64,000 nucleotides of DNA from Eledone cirrhosa (GCA_964016885.1 OZ024749.1:30008001-30072000); one strand, 5' to 3'. Positions 1 through 13,742 are shown, numbered from the stretch's first letter. A program made the numbers and translations. The notes: generated from the sequence alone by a model not told the origin.

Positions 1-164
1 AATTTGAATATATATATATATACATATATATACAATATATATATATACATATATATATATATACAATTTGAATATATATATATGTATATATATATATATA
101 CATATATATACGTATATATATATACACACACACATACACACGCACGCACACACATATATATATA

Positions 165-335
165 TATGTATAAAAAAGTGCAGAGAGATCAAAATTGATG
201 GAAGCTACGGAGTGGGTAGACCAAGGAAAGTTTGGGATCAGGTGAAAAAATCTGACCTTGCTCATTTACACCTCTCTAAGACAATATCACTGGGTCGAGA
301 TCTTTGGTGCTATGCAGTTATACAGAAAACCCGCC
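165..335 (+). mobile_element. RTE-type LINE 3' remnant
   Basis: ORF segment [29 protein letters not shown]...RDLW matches the G.R..GRP...W...V..DL C-terminal motif of RTE-clade ORF2. Confidence 0.6.
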
Positions 336-379
336 TTCCCTTACATACGAACTTAAACCTACAATCAGTAGGCACCTCT

Positions 380-622
380 TAACAAGAATCACCCAGTCCA
401 CACTGTAAAGTGGTCGTGTAGGAGACACGGTAAAAACTCTCTCAGTCCACATTGTAAATGTGGTTGGGGTTAGGAAGGGCATCCAGCTAAAGAAAACCTG
501 CCAGAAACAATTCTGTACGAGCGAGACACGGCCTCCCAACCAATTTTGTCTCAAGTGGGACAAACCCATCTAGCCCATACTAGCATGGCAGGTGAACGTT
601 AAACGATGATGGTGATTATGAT
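380..622 (+). mobile_element. SINE 3' half with (GAT)n-like tail
   Basis: cacccagtccacactgtaaa...ggttaggaagggcatccagc...aaacgatgatggtgat, homologous to 52860-53046. Confidence 0.6.
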
Positions 623-697
623 GATACGTAGGGAAGAATTTTCCTCCTACCAAACTTACTTGGGCAACAGAACAATTTGTACACCCGTACCTTCACG

Positions 698-741
<44 letters not shown>

Positions 742-760
742 CTCACTATATAAATGTATG

Positions 761-814
<54 letters not shown>

Positions 815-815
815 C

Positions 816-851
<36 letters not shown>

Positions 852-927
852 GTATATATATACTACCGTAAGTATCGAGTACTCTGGTGCGTATGGTCCA
901 CCTGGCTGCTTACCACACTTCCTTCAT

Positions 928-961
<34 letters not shown>

Positions 962-990
962 TGTATGTATGTATGTATGTATGTATGTAT

Positions 991-1490
991 GGACTAAAAA
1001 CAAAACCTGTCAAAGGGCAAAGGAGCTCTTAAGAGTCAATGGCCATCCAAAATCACCGGGAGAGATGACCCCTTAGCCTTTGTCAAGGCAGAATTCTAGG
1101 AGAAGGAAAACTCTGATATAACACCTGCAACCCTGATGGTATCCAATGATGTTGACTTGTTCTTCCTTTTGGTAAATATCATCTTGGTTAAGAGAGTGGG
1201 ACTGGCTTTGTGCAGTGCCTTTGCTCACTATAAAAGCTTCATGGCACAGGCATTGCTTTATATCTGGAGATCTCTCTGCACTTGTCCTCACATGGTACCA
1301 TGGGCCCAGCACTATGTATCAATAATTGTCACAAGTGTAGTGTTTGTACCAGAGTTTTCAATACGCTGGCTGGACTAAAAAGTCACACTCGTTCAGCGCA
1401 TCGGTAGGGGTTCTCCTACATGGATATAAAGTAGTGGCCGTACTCGAAAACGAGTTGGCAGCCACCATGTATGTATGTATGTATGTATGT
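991..1490 (+). mobile_element. Non-autonomous LINE-derived element with (TATG)n tail, 5'-truncated copy
   Basis: Near-identical to 42922-43410 and 43546-44030. Preceded by (TATG)n at 933-990 and ends ggcagccaccatgtatgtatg. Confidence 0.8.
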
Positions 1491-1715
1491 ATATACGTGT
1501 GTGTGTGCATGTGTGTGTGCATGTGTGTGTGTGCGTTTCAATACATTTCCACTATTCCTTTATTTATAGTCCTTTAACAGATTTCCGCCATAAATCACTT
1601 TATTTATCGATTTACTTTATCTATTTAAACAACATTTTTCATTTATTTATTCATTTTTCTTTTAACCTTTTCTTTTACCCTTTTATGTTAATTCCTTTCA
1701 GACGACCTCTATCTC

Positions 1716-2038
1716 ACTCTTTTCAGCGCATTCAGAACATAATCTGGCAACATCTGCCTTTGAGAGAGATATATGCCGGCCTTGCACGCATATCTGTCGT
1801 TGTACGTAAAAGGAGATTAAGATTTGCTGGCCACTGCCATCGTGCCACCTACGAGGGTGTGTCCCCACTCTTATGCTTTGGAAACCACAATCAGTCACTA
1901 ATAACAGGGGGCGCAAGCTCTCCTATCCCGATGTCATCTCCAGAGATTCTGGTATTGAAATCCAGGACTTGGCAACGGCAATGAACGACAGACCCACGTA
2001 GAGATCAATTGTTGAGTTCATTTCGGCTGAGGCCACCA

Positions 2039-2073
<35 letters not shown>
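1716..2073 (+). mobile_element. RTE-like LINE 3' fragment with (GAT)n tail
   Basis: NIIWQHL..REIY..L..IS..VRKRRLRFAGHCHRA motif followed by (GAT)n at 2039-2073. Confidence 0.7.
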
Positions 2074-2074
<1 letters not shown>

Positions 2075-2799
2075 CTCACCCTCTTTCTCTTTCCTTTTCC
2101 TCTGTCTTCTCCGTATGTATAACTTTTCAATTCCAAATACCTGCGCCAAGCTAATTTTGATATGTAAAATTTGGGGGTTTACTCTGTATTCTAATTGTAT
2201 ACGAGGAGTCCCCATACCTGAAGTGCCCAGGCCCCCAAAGGTTTATATCCAACCTTGCTCTGGAACGCATATTCGTGAACCAAACACTCTAGCCACTACG
2301 TCATGGTATCTTCACAATAATTCAATTGCTATAGATTTGTTAGTGCTAAGGGCCCTCCAAGGTCTAAATGGACCCTTACTCTGGAACGTATATATGTGAA
2401 CCGAACACCCTAACCACTAAGCCATAGTATATTCAATTTAATTGCTATAGATTTTTTACAATACTGACAATAAATCTGCTTTTAACTGGTGCCAACTTGT
2501 TGAGATGAAACGAAGATATTGCTCGACACTCGGTAATGAACTTTTTGTACGCAATTTCATTAAGTCGTATTCTTAATTTTAGCTTGTATTTTATCTTAAT
2601 ATATTTTAAGTATACTTTTGATTTAACTGCTAAATCTATGAAATATCTTCAACAAATTTGTTGTGTTTATATGTTTTAGTTTGTGGAAATAATTATTAAT
2701 AATTAAAGTAAAAATAAAAATAAAAATTAGTAGCTGATTTTATTTCTGATTATATTTGCCACATTTAAAAATAAAGATATATTAACCCTTTATCATTCA

Positions 2800-2981
2800 C
2801 TTGGCAGTATTGGTAGAGGGTCGGACGCCATGCTTTGACGCATAGAGTTACGGCCCTTGCCATTCTGAGTTCAAATCCCTCCGAGGTTAACTTTGCCTTT
2901 CATCCTTACGGGGTCGATAAAATAAAGTACCAGTAATGTACTGGGTATTTGCTAGCCTTGTGCCAATAGTAGAAACAATTA
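2800..2981 (+). mobile_element. tRNA-derived SINE, family 2 (MetaSINE-like central domain)
   Basis: Head ttggcagtattggtag...gagttcaaatcc (A/B-box-like), then gaggttaactttgcctttcatccttacggggtcgataaaataaagtaccag. Many copies in the window. Domain name is from memory. Confidence 0.75.
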
Positions 2982-4070
2982 TTTTATATATACTATCATA
3001 TTTTAAAGGTAAAGGCTTTACCTCACATAATTATCTCACATAATATCGAATCTGAGATTTTGAAAGTATTTATTTTACAATACCTTAACATCAGTTTGAG
3101 TGACCAGTTACAGCCAGTTTCAACAGAACGAGGTAAAGAATTCTGGCCGGTTTTGGCCGATTTGAACACTAAAGGGTAATACCTCTTTATCTCACTCCCT
3201 CTCTCTGTATATATATATATATATATATACACACACATATATACATATCTCTTTCTGTATCTCACTCTCCCCCTCTCCCTGTATCTCATTTCCTCTCTCT
3301 CTCTATCACCCTTTCTGTGTATCTCATTCTCCCGCCCCCTCTCTCTTTGCATCTCAAACTCGCTCTCCCCCCTCTCTGTCTCTATCTCTGCATCTCATAC
3401 TCACGCCCCTCTTCTCTCTGTATCTAACTTCCTCACACTCTATCCCACCCTGTCTCTGTTTCTCTCTATCTCAGCCTGTTTATTTGTCTCAGCCTGTTTG
3501 TTTGTCTCTGTTATTCTAGCTCTCTCTCATTATCAGTCTCTAGAGAGACTAGTTATTATGTATTGGTTTGTAAAAGTGTACTTTAGTGGGGTAGATTGGT
3601 GAAAGAGGTCGCCAGCAACGTCAAATATAGAATTTCCCACTTGGTAGCTTATCGTTTAAATCCTTTAAAACACCTTTAAAAGTCCACCTAAACTAAAACT
3701 AAACTGAATAATTGAACAAGTAATCCCATTTTTCAAACAACTCTTCGCTTTCAAGTATTTTCTTAACTCTACAATCTCTGAATGTATCATCTTGGATAAA
3801 TTCAATCAACATGGAAAATATGTGGCCTACTCTTTAAAGTGTTCAACTTCGGATCACAAAATAGTGGGCTCGAATTCTGTACCAGGTGGTGAAATTTTTC
3901 TTGAACAGAACTCTGTATATTTCTCGTTTCTCCTTCTGCCAGGAGTTGTGACAGGTAGTTGATATCAGCAAGGGAAAGATCAATGGAAACATTGTTTCTT
4001 AGGTTAGATCTCATCACTGGCTTCTTTCGTTTGCCAGGAGGAGGAGAAGGAAGAAGTAGATCATAAAGTC

Positions 4071-4205
4071 GATGATGATGATGATGATAAAGACGGCGGC
4101 GACGGCGACGATGATGATGATACGGACCTTGATCACGATGACGATGATACGGACCTTGATCACGATGACGATGATACGGACCTTGATCACGATGACGATG
4201 ACGAC
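4071..4205. repeat. (GAT/GAC)n-rich tract with three ~24-bp units
   Basis: gatgatacggaccttgatcacgatgac repeated three times. Confidence 0.85.
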
Positions 4206-4759
4206 ACACAGCCAGCACGGATTTAGATTCACATAATGACTATGTGTATAGATCTAATGACGATTCGTACATTTATGCCTAGCTTGTTATCTTAATCTAA
4301 TGTAGTCGAAATACATGGCATAATATCTCTACTTTGGTCTACTAATCAAATAGCATGTAGAATGATGTAAAATACTTTGTTCTACAGATCAAATATGGTC
4401 CGCTCATATAACTTATGGTTACCTTGAAGTTCTGAAGTTCTCGTATGAAGACACGAACGCAGGAAGACTTACACATGAATACATCAAAGGTTTTTCAGCA
4501 TGCCTAGCGATTATTAACTTCCCAATTTCCTTTACAGAAAGATGACAAACCGATTCCAGGTAATACTTTTCTTGTCAAATTTCGAAGGACAGAACACGAA
4601 TGTCAGGCCAATTGGTATTTCCCAAAAAGATCTCATTGAAATCATTCCAAACTATTTTAAGACTTTTCATACCAAACCATCTGAAACCCACTCTGGTTCT
4701 ATGGAAAAAAAATTTGGGTTTAAAGTGACTGTATTTATCTTCCATTATAATGATATGTA

Positions 4760-4872
4760 AGGGCGGTGGATTGGCAGTATTGGTAGAGGGTCGGACGCCA
4801 TGCATAGAGTTACGGCCCTTTATGATCTGAGTTCAAACCCCACCGAGGTTAACTTTGCCTTTCATCCTTACG
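4760..4872 (+). mobile_element. SINE family 2, 3'-truncated
   Basis: ggcggtggattggcagtattggtagagggtcggacgcc...ctttcatccttacg. Confidence 0.75.
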
Positions 4873-4924
4873 ATTGCAACGCTTTTCGAAATATTTACTT
4901 CTGCGTTCACAGATTGATATTTTT

Positions 4925-4975
4925 AGTTTCAGAAGATCCCGTTAAGGGTGAAAGCAGCGATTCTTTGCTTAAACT
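4925..4975 (+). ncRNA. Type I hammerhead-like motif, family A (CAGAAGA core variant)
   Basis: agttt-CAGAAGA-tccc gttaa gggt-GAAA-GCA..TGC-TT-aaact. Stems I, II and III all pair. Confidence 0.6.
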
Positions 4976-5152
4976 TTAATCTGTTATTTTAATAAATATT
5001 TGCTCTACGGTTCTTATATATTTGATATATATTTATTCTTATCGAGCCCTCTTTGGATTTTAGTCTTCAAATTTATTATTATTACTATATATATATATAT
5101 GTATATATATATATAAAGAAGAAATTAAAAGATGGTTAAAAAAGTTACATAT

Positions 5153-5220
5153 ATTTTATTATGCGCATTTCGAAAACAACATCATCCTGGGACAAAAATT
5201 GTGTTCTCATCAGATAAAAT
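5153..5220 (-). ncRNA. Type I hammerhead ribozyme
   Basis: Minus strand: attttat-CTGATGA-gaac...tttc-GAAA-TGCGCA-TA-ataaaat. Perfect 7-bp stem I and palindromic stem III. Confidence 0.75.
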
Positions 5221-5357
5221 AAGGTAACATGATATGAGGCCTAAAAACACTTGTCAACAGGAAAGTGTCCAGTCTACACATACTGTTGAGTGCTACTTAT
5301 CTGATATATGCATAGTTTTATTGTTCTACAATATTACTCACCTCCTACATATATATA

Positions 5358-5428
<71 letters not shown>

Positions 5429-5654
5429 ATAATAATAAATTTGAAGACTAAACTCCAAAGAGGGCTCGATAAGAATAAATATATATCAGATATATAAGAA
5501 CCGTAGAGCAAATATTTATTAAAATAACAGATTAAAGTTTAAGCAAAGAATCGCTGCTTTCACCCTTAACGGGATCTTTCGTTAAGGGTGAAAGCAGCGA
5601 TTCTTTGCTTAAACTTTAATCTGTTATTTTAATTAATAAATATATATAAATATA

Positions 5655-5753
<99 letters not shown>

Positions 5754-5900
5754 TTAGATATATATACATATATGAATGCATATACATATATACATACATG
5801 TATATATATATTCATACACATATACATACATAGTTATATACATACATGCATACATACTTACAAACATAAATATATATGTATGCATATATATATATGTATA

Positions 5901-5934
<34 letters not shown>

Positions 5935-6034
5935 GTAATAATAATAAAATTGAAGACTAAAATCCAAAGAGGGCTCGATAAGGAAAATATATATCAAATA
6001 TATAAGAACCGTAGAGCAAAACTTTAATCTGTTA

Positions 6035-6123
<89 letters not shown>

Positions 6124-6679
6124 ATATGCATACATATATATATATACTTGTCGTTATGATGACAAGATATTTATGTGATGTGGGAAAGTGAAAAGATGGA
6201 ATCTTTATTTGACAGATTCCCAGTATCTGGTATCTGGGAAATGGCGTCATCTTTTAGTTTTCAAAAGTGTGAATCAAATCGGAACGGATAAGAACTAGAT
6301 CTTCCGTCTTTTATTCTGACATTTGTTTTCTTTACACATCAGAGCGTAACAATTCTCTCAGTGTTATTGTTATAGTGAAGAATATACGTATTTTCCACAA
6401 ATACTTACCTACATTAATATAAAGAAATGAATACAAAACAGTCAAACAAACAAAAGAACAAACGACATTTCCATGGATACACGTACTCAGCCCTGCAGCA
6501 AGCAGATAAGTGATATGATTGGCTATTCATCTATCGTCAGCGACTACGTCAACTGGTTTAATGAGCTAACGAAAGAGCCTCCATCTCTCCCAATACAATA
6601 CAATGAAATGTCATTCTTCAAATCACTCTCTGGCGATTTAATTAAAGGGATAAATATATCCGTGATAATTGATTTGAAG

Positions 6680-7142
6680 ATACAGTATACTTGAAGATAT
6701 ATAATACTAATGATATAGTACACTTGGAGATATACACTAGTATATCTGAAGATATAGTATATTTGAAGATATATTATATCTGAAGTTATAATATATCTGA
6801 AGTTATAATATATCTAAAGATATAGTATAGCTAAGCATATACTGTATCTGAACCTATAGTATACCCGGTGGTATAGTATATCTGAACATGTAGTAAACCT
6901 GAAGATACAGTATATATGATGGTATACTATATCGTAAGATATAATATACCTCGAGATAGTATAACTGAAGGTATAGTATACCTGGTAATATAGTATACCT
7001 GGTGATATAGTACATCTGAAGATATACTATATTTGAAGATATATTATATCTGGAGATATAATATATTTGATAATATATTATACTTGATGATATAGATGAT
7101 ATAGTATATCTAACGTTATATTATATATGAAGGTATAGTATA
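6680..7142. repeat. Degenerate ~20-bp minisatellite
   Basis: Recurrent gaagatatagtatatct-like units. Confidence 0.7.
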
Positions 7143-8702
7143 TCAGAGAACAACCAAATGGACTCTTACCAGCCAGGAGTTTTAATTTGCTTGAGCTTAT
7201 TTTAATTAGGTCCGAGATTATTTTAATTTGTTCCGAGGTAATTTTTATTTTTCCAGGAATAATTTTATTTGTTTTGAGGTTATTTTCATTTGGCTGGAGT
7301 TTATTTAAATTTGCTTCGGCATCATTTTAATTTGCTTCGAGATTATTATAATTTGTAATTAAAAATATATAGTATTTCTCAACAGATTGCTATTAAAAGC
7401 TAATCACATATATGTGAAACTACACGTAACAATAACATTTATAGTGTTTTATGGTATATATATAACGCGTTTCCACTGTAAAATTTTTAATTATTTTTCA
7501 CTTCTATAAATAAAATATTTCAACAATACATAACAATGCTATAAATATTAAAGTGTATTAGTAGAAAAAGTTAAGTCTATTTTCAATCTTTGTTACGATG
7601 TTATGTTGAATATTGAGGTAGTGCGAGATATGGCGTCAATAGTTATCTTCGGAATCACAAGATCACAGGTTTGAATCTTTCTATAAGGGGACTTGGGCAA
7701 GCATCCATAACCATATAACCACGTGAATGAAAATTGGGGTAGGCGGAAAGTGTTCAGAAGCCCATCGAGTTGACTGTAATTCGCAGAGCCAGCCATGTCA
7801 CACCCCGCGTACTGCTGAATCGCCGCCAAAAATACACATACATTTTATGAGCAGCTCGTTCTGATGATCGAAACCTGGATAACTCATTGTCGAAATCGAC
7901 ACAGATCCATTCCATTCCTGTGTGTTGAATCAAAACAACAAAAGAAAACTGTTCAAGTAGGCTTCAAGGGACTTTCGACAGACTCTCGTCTCTATTCGGT
8001 TCAATTCATATTCACTGAAATTAATTCGCTAAACAATTGTACCACTTCGTTAGGTCTCTATCAACTAGGTAATTGATACACACCAGTTAAAGATAGTACC
8101 ACTTAGTTATCCAATAGTCATAAAAAATAACACTGTATGACTCTGCCATGGAAATGAATGCTTTAGGTCATTTTTAATACTGGAGATTCCGGTGGAATCA
8201 TCGAGTGAAAAATAATTGTAACATACAATCACACGGAATAAACATAGAGAAAGAATTATTTTACATTACAGTAAACATTATATTTATAAAGAATAGAATC
8301 GAAGCCATTACAAATTAGCAATTATCGATTTCGTTTCTCAGAAATCATGGCATGAAAGATATAAATATTATTAAATTTTACAGTATATTTAGAGTTGAAC
8401 AGAAAAGGAAAAAAAGGTTAAATAAGATTGTTTAAAGCTGAAAGGATCAATTAAATTGATTTATGATTTCTCTTCAAATTTGGGGCTATGTTTCTAATTG
8501 TGGGAAATTAATATTTAGATTAGACAGAATTCTAGACATGTCTGGCACAGAAGTAATGATTAACAAAAATAATCAGGATATGTAACAAAAGACAAAAAAA
8601 AACCAACAGCAAAACAACAGGATTTGAACTGTTCACACACGCATTCACTAATATATACTGAAGCCCACACAGACACACTCTTAAACGCATATACATACAT
8701 AT

Positions 8703-8803
<101 letters not shown>

Positions 8804-8831
8804 AATAAAAAAAAAAATATATATATATATA

Positions 8832-8987
<156 letters not shown>

Positions 8988-8999
8988 TATATATATATC

Positions 9000-9173
<174 letters not shown>

Positions 9174-9315
9174 TGTATATGCGTGTAAGAGTGTGTCTGT
9201 GTGGAAATACAACAAATATAAATGTTTATAAGTGATTCAGAGGACTCGAAAGGTTTCTGGAGTAAATATTCAATGATATTAAATAAATGGAAACTATATT
9301 TATAAAACCATATTT

Positions 9316-9376
9316 ATTCTATTATATATATTTCAAGGCTACCAAAAAACTTTGGTACGCTTTCATCAGATAAAAT
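9316..9376 (-). ncRNA. Type I hammerhead, family B
   Basis: attttat-CTGATGA-aagcgtaccaaa..tttggtagcctt-GAAA-TATATA-TA-atagaat. Inverted partner at 9486-9546. Confidence 0.7.
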
Positions 9377-9485
9377 ACAAAGAGTGTTTTATAAATTTTG
9401 ACATAGCCAAGGAAATCTTACCTTATCAGTTGAATTTTCTTGGGTAGTGTACCCGAGGAAATTCAACTGATAAGACATGATTTGT

Positions 9486-9546
9486 ATTTTAGCTGATGAA
9501 AGCGTACCAAAGTTTTTTGGTACCCTTGAAATATATATAATAGAAT
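9486..9546 (+). ncRNA. Type I hammerhead, family B
   Basis: CTGATGA 9493-9499, stem II gtaccaaa/tttggtac, GAAA 9528-9531, then TATATA-TA. Confidence 0.65.
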
Positions 9547-9609
9547 AAATATGGTTTTATAAATATAGTTTCCATTTATTTAATATCATTGTATATATAT
9601 ATATATATA

Positions 9610-9643
<34 letters not shown>

Positions 9644-9811
9644 TTAATAATAAATTTGAAGACTAAAATCCAAAGAGGGCTCGATAAGGATAAATATATA
9701 TCAAATATATAAGAACCGTAGAGCAAATATTTATTAAAATAACAGATTAAAGTTTAAGGGTGAAAGCAGCGATTCTTTGCTTAAACTTTAATCTGTTATT
9801 TTAATAAATAA

Positions 9812-9869
<58 letters not shown>

Positions 9870-10044
9870 ATATATATATATAGGAAAATGTATGACCCCG
9901 ACGGCAGAGCTCAAGTCGTTTCGACTGCTATGTACTAAGATAATTACTCAGCAGAGCACTCTATGCTTGGTATAGTAGAATGCAGGCATATGTAAATAAC
10001 CATATACACAACAGCAAATGGCCTTCGCTGTATTTAATGTTATA

Positions 10045-10115
<71 letters not shown>

Positions 10116-10197
10116 ATACTTTGGGAGGGTCATGTTGGCAATAAGAAACACACGTACCAGTTGCTATCACTTCAATTTATTATAAACACCAGGATTT

Positions 10198-10257
10198 TTT
10201 CATTCTGACGACTGAAAGCAGATTTGTTTGCTTTCAAGAAACCACTGGTATATGAAA
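10198..10257 (+). ncRNA. Type I hammerhead ribozyme
   Basis: tttcatt-CTGACGA-c tgaaagcaga tttg tttgctttca a-GAAA-CCACTGG-TA-tatgaaa. Long stem II and 3-bp stem III. Confidence 0.7.
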
Positions 10258-10425
10258 TAATTATCTGATGTTGTTTATTACATAACTAATAAGCTCTGTA
10301 ACCTACATAGAGCACTGTTTTTTCCTGGATCTTTCCGACGGAATTACTTCATATTATATATAAATATATATATATATATATACAATATTAAATAAATGGA
10401 AAACTATATTTATAAAACCATATTT

Positions 10426-10489
10426 ATTTCATTATATATATTTCGGGGATATCATATTAACAATATGCTATGCCTTCATCAGACAAAAT
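10426..10489 (-). ncRNA. Type I hammerhead, family B
   Basis: attttgt-CTGATGA-aggcatagcatatt..aatatgatatcccc-GAAA-TATATA-TA-atgaaat. Confidence 0.6.
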
Positions 10490-10730
10490 ACAATATAAAC
10501 AGTTTTATAGATAAATATATTCGACACACCGTAATAAACATCAACTTCATTTGAAGAGGTTCACTCTAGCAGTGAAAATACAGAGAGAAAGAAAGAGAGA
10601 GAGAAAAGAGGGAAATAAGAAAGAAAGAAAGAAAGAGTATATTGTAAATATACTCCAAGTATTTGTCGAGTGCCTTTATATCAGTTATAAATATTTACTA
10701 GTTGTAACCCAACAATTTTAAATATAACTT

Positions 10731-10805
<75 letters not shown>

Positions 10806-11145
10806 TTATAAATATATATCATGTCTTATTAACACTACTCATGTTCTATGTGCGTGACTGATGTATAGGATGGTGCCAGCTATCTATAATGGGTAAATAA
10901 AAAAAAAAAATCATTCTTCTCTTTCATGTTCTGATATGAGTATCAACGTAGTGAAATATCACTAAACGTTCAGCATATTCCTTTTTTTTCATACGTTTTT
11001 TTTACTATTTCTCATTTAAAAGGTCGAAATAGATTTTCAAAGGTTTACAGTCAAATTATAATATTATTCAAATATATTTCATTTTCGTACATTACCTTAC
11101 AACTGCTGCCACTGAAATATACAGGGAATACACGCACACACAAAT

Positions 11146-11177
<32 letters not shown>

Positions 11178-11277
11178 CCCCCACACACAGAGACACATAC
11201 ACGCACATATATATATATATATAGACACATATATATATATATGTATATATACATATGTATATATATATATTTATATA

Positions 11278-12358
11278 TGCTTTTGTCGAGAATCTAATTG
11301 TAATACGTGACGTATTCTATTCTATAGCGATTAGGTCTTCGAAATGTTTATTATAAACATACAGAATATTTTCGAATATTCTATGTCTATATTCACATAT
11401 ATATCGCTATTTCAGAGCATTGATTCCAATTTCTAATTTCTGCCGGACCGGCAACCGCTCTTTCAAACCAGTTCCTGTACACAGCTAAGTATTCTATAAG
11501 TCTCTAGCTGTGTCATTATCGATAAAAGCACTGGATATGTAGTCCTGAAGATTTCTAACAAGAATGAAACGCGTAGATTACTTCCCTTGCTTTTGTCGAG
11601 AATCTAATTGTAATACGTGACGTATTCTATTCTATAGCGATTAGGTCTTCAAAATGTTTATTATAAACATACAGAATATTTTCGAATATTCTATGTCTAT
11701 ATTCACATATATATCGCTATTTCAGAGCATTGATTCCAATTTCTAATTTCTGCCGGACCGGCAACCGCTCTTTCAAACCAGTTCCTGTACACAGCTAAGT
11801 ATTCTATAAGTCTCTAGCTGTGTCATTCTCGATAAAAGCACTGGATATGTAGTCCTGAAGATTTCTAACAAGAATGAAACGCGTAGATTACTTCCCTTGC
11901 TTTTGTCGAGAATCTAATTGTAATACGTGACGTATTCTATTCTATAGCGATTAGGTCTTCAAAATGTTTATTATAAACATACAGAATATTTTCGAATATT
12001 CTATGTCTATATTCACATATATATCGCTATTTCAGAGCATTGATTCCAATTTCTAATTTCTGCCGGACCGGCAACCGCTCTTTCAAACCAGTTCCTGTAC
12101 ACAGCTAAGTATTCTATAAGTCTCTAGCTGTGTCATTCTCGATAAAAGCACTGGATATGTAGTCCTGAAGATTTCTAACAAGAATGAAACGCGTAGATTA
12201 CTTCCCTTGCTTTTGTCGAGAATCTAATTGTAATACGTGACGTATTCTATTCTATAGCGATTAGGTCTTCAAAATGTTTATTATAAACATACAGAATATT
12301 TTCGAATATTCTATGTCTATATTCACATATATATCGCTATTTCAGAGCATTGATTCCA

Positions 12359-12362
<4 letters not shown>
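11278..12362 (+). mobile_element. 310-bp tandem array (~3.5 units), one type I hammerhead per unit: candidate non-LTR retrozyme
   Basis: ttttgtcgag recurs at 11281, 11591, 11901 and 12211 (period 310) and the units are near-identical. Bounded by (TA)-rich tracts. An HHR core is present in each full unit. Confidence 0.85.
11539..11581 (+). ncRNA. Minimal type I hammerhead (copy 1; copies 2 and 3 at 11849-11891 and 12159-12201)
   Basis: gtagtc-CTGAAGA-tttct aaca agaat-GAAA-CGCG-TA-gattac. Predicted cleavage after 11575, 11885 and 12195. Confidence 0.85.
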
Positions 12363-12442
<80 letters not shown>

Positions 12443-12879
12443 AATATATATGTATATATAGTTACTGTTTTTGTATACTCCGCAACTATTAACGTGCATT
12501 TTCTTTGTGGCATATGCTGTTGTATCTAGCTAGCAGACGATGTTAAAATACCGGTTTTAAAGATTGAGGAAACATCAAATAAATCACCAAAATTTCAACA
12601 TATTAGGCTTTTCAATGTTTGAAAAACCAATACTAGTATAAAAAAATGAAAGTAAAGGTAAAGGTGAAGTATTGAATAAAGAATTTTATAGGAATACTTT
12701 TGGTAATGAGGTCATAGTTGTTGAAAGGTTGTAACATATTCACCCAAATTTGTTACTCACTTTTTTACTAAACAACCAGCTACTGAAGAAAAGAAATATA
12801 TACGTATATATTCATACATGCATAAGTCATTCTCCTTCGTGTATATATATATATATCTATATATACATATCTAAAAGAC

Positions 12880-13158
12880 TAAAGTCTGTCTTAATCCAGA
12901 AGGCTCATTTGGCCGGTGCCTATCCCGGTTTCATGGCGTGAAGCGACTGAGAGTACAAGACTCCCCCCCTGGACAGGACGCCAGTCCATCGCAGGGTTAA
13001 ACCTCCAGCTATTGCTGGTACTCATTTCCAGCTGAGTATACTGGAGCAACGTGAAATGAAGTGTTTTGCTCAAGAACACAACACGCAACCCAGGAATCCA
13101 GCCCACGACATTATGATCGTAAGTCCAACACCCTTACCACTAGGCCACGTGCCTCCAC
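12880..13158 (-). mobile_element. tRNA-derived SINE, family 1 (CORE-like domain)
   Basis: Minus strand head gtggaggcacgtggcctagtggtaagg..., then ttcttgagcaaaacacttcatttcacgttgctccag. Confidence 0.75.
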
Positions 13159-13166
13159 ATATATAC

Positions 13167-13204
<38 letters not shown>

Positions 13205-13316
13205 AATGTATATATGTATATATATATATATATATATAGCGAGGGAAAAGTGGTAAGGAACCAGGTGGACCATAACGCACCAAAGTACTCAATACTTAGG
13301 GTAGTAGAGTGGGCAA

Positions 13317-13401
13317 TAGGAGTAAGTAAGACCCCGACGGCTGAGCTCAAGCCGTTAGCCGTCGAAACGGCTTGAGCTCAGCCGTCGGGGTCTTACTTAC
13401 T

Positions 13402-13406
<5 letters not shown>
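13317..13406. repeat. ~40-bp near-perfect inverted repeat with short spacer
   Basis: taggagtaagtaagaccccgacggctgagctcaagccgtt versus aacggcttgagctcagccgtcggggtcttacttactccta. Related ends at 9891-9925 and 22150-22199. Confidence 0.85.
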
Positions 13407-13465
<59 letters not shown>

Positions 13466-13617
13466 TATAATATATATATACACACATATATATATACATA
13501 CATATATATTATATATATGTATATATACATATATATTATATACATATGTATATATATTTATATATGTGTGTGTATACATGTGTGTGTCTATAAATGTATA
13601 TTCACACAAACACACAG

Positions 13618-13653
<36 letters not shown>

Positions 13654-13668
13654 GGAACAAAAACAAAG

Positions 13669-13742
13669 CGCTTACATCATCAATTAATCTTTATTTGCTG
13701 ACAGTGTTTCTTCCTTGCATAATTGCAGGACTCATCAGAGCG
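13669..13742 (-). ncRNA. Type I hammerhead ribozyme with extended stem III
   Basis: cgct-CTGATGA-gtcctgca atta tgcaaggaa-GAAA-CA(ctgtcag...ttgatga)TG-TA-agcg. Confidence 0.65.

Noticed and set aside
6473-7829. Short non-repetitive ORFs at 6473-6694 and 7593-7829
   Set aside because: No recognisable domain and no consistent splice-phase chain.
9900-9960. Minus-strand CTGCTGA...GAAA-CGAC-TT motif (similar degenerate ones near 48590-48627 and 27050-27100)
   Set aside because: Core mutated or truncated and stems out of register. Probably decayed relics, not counted.
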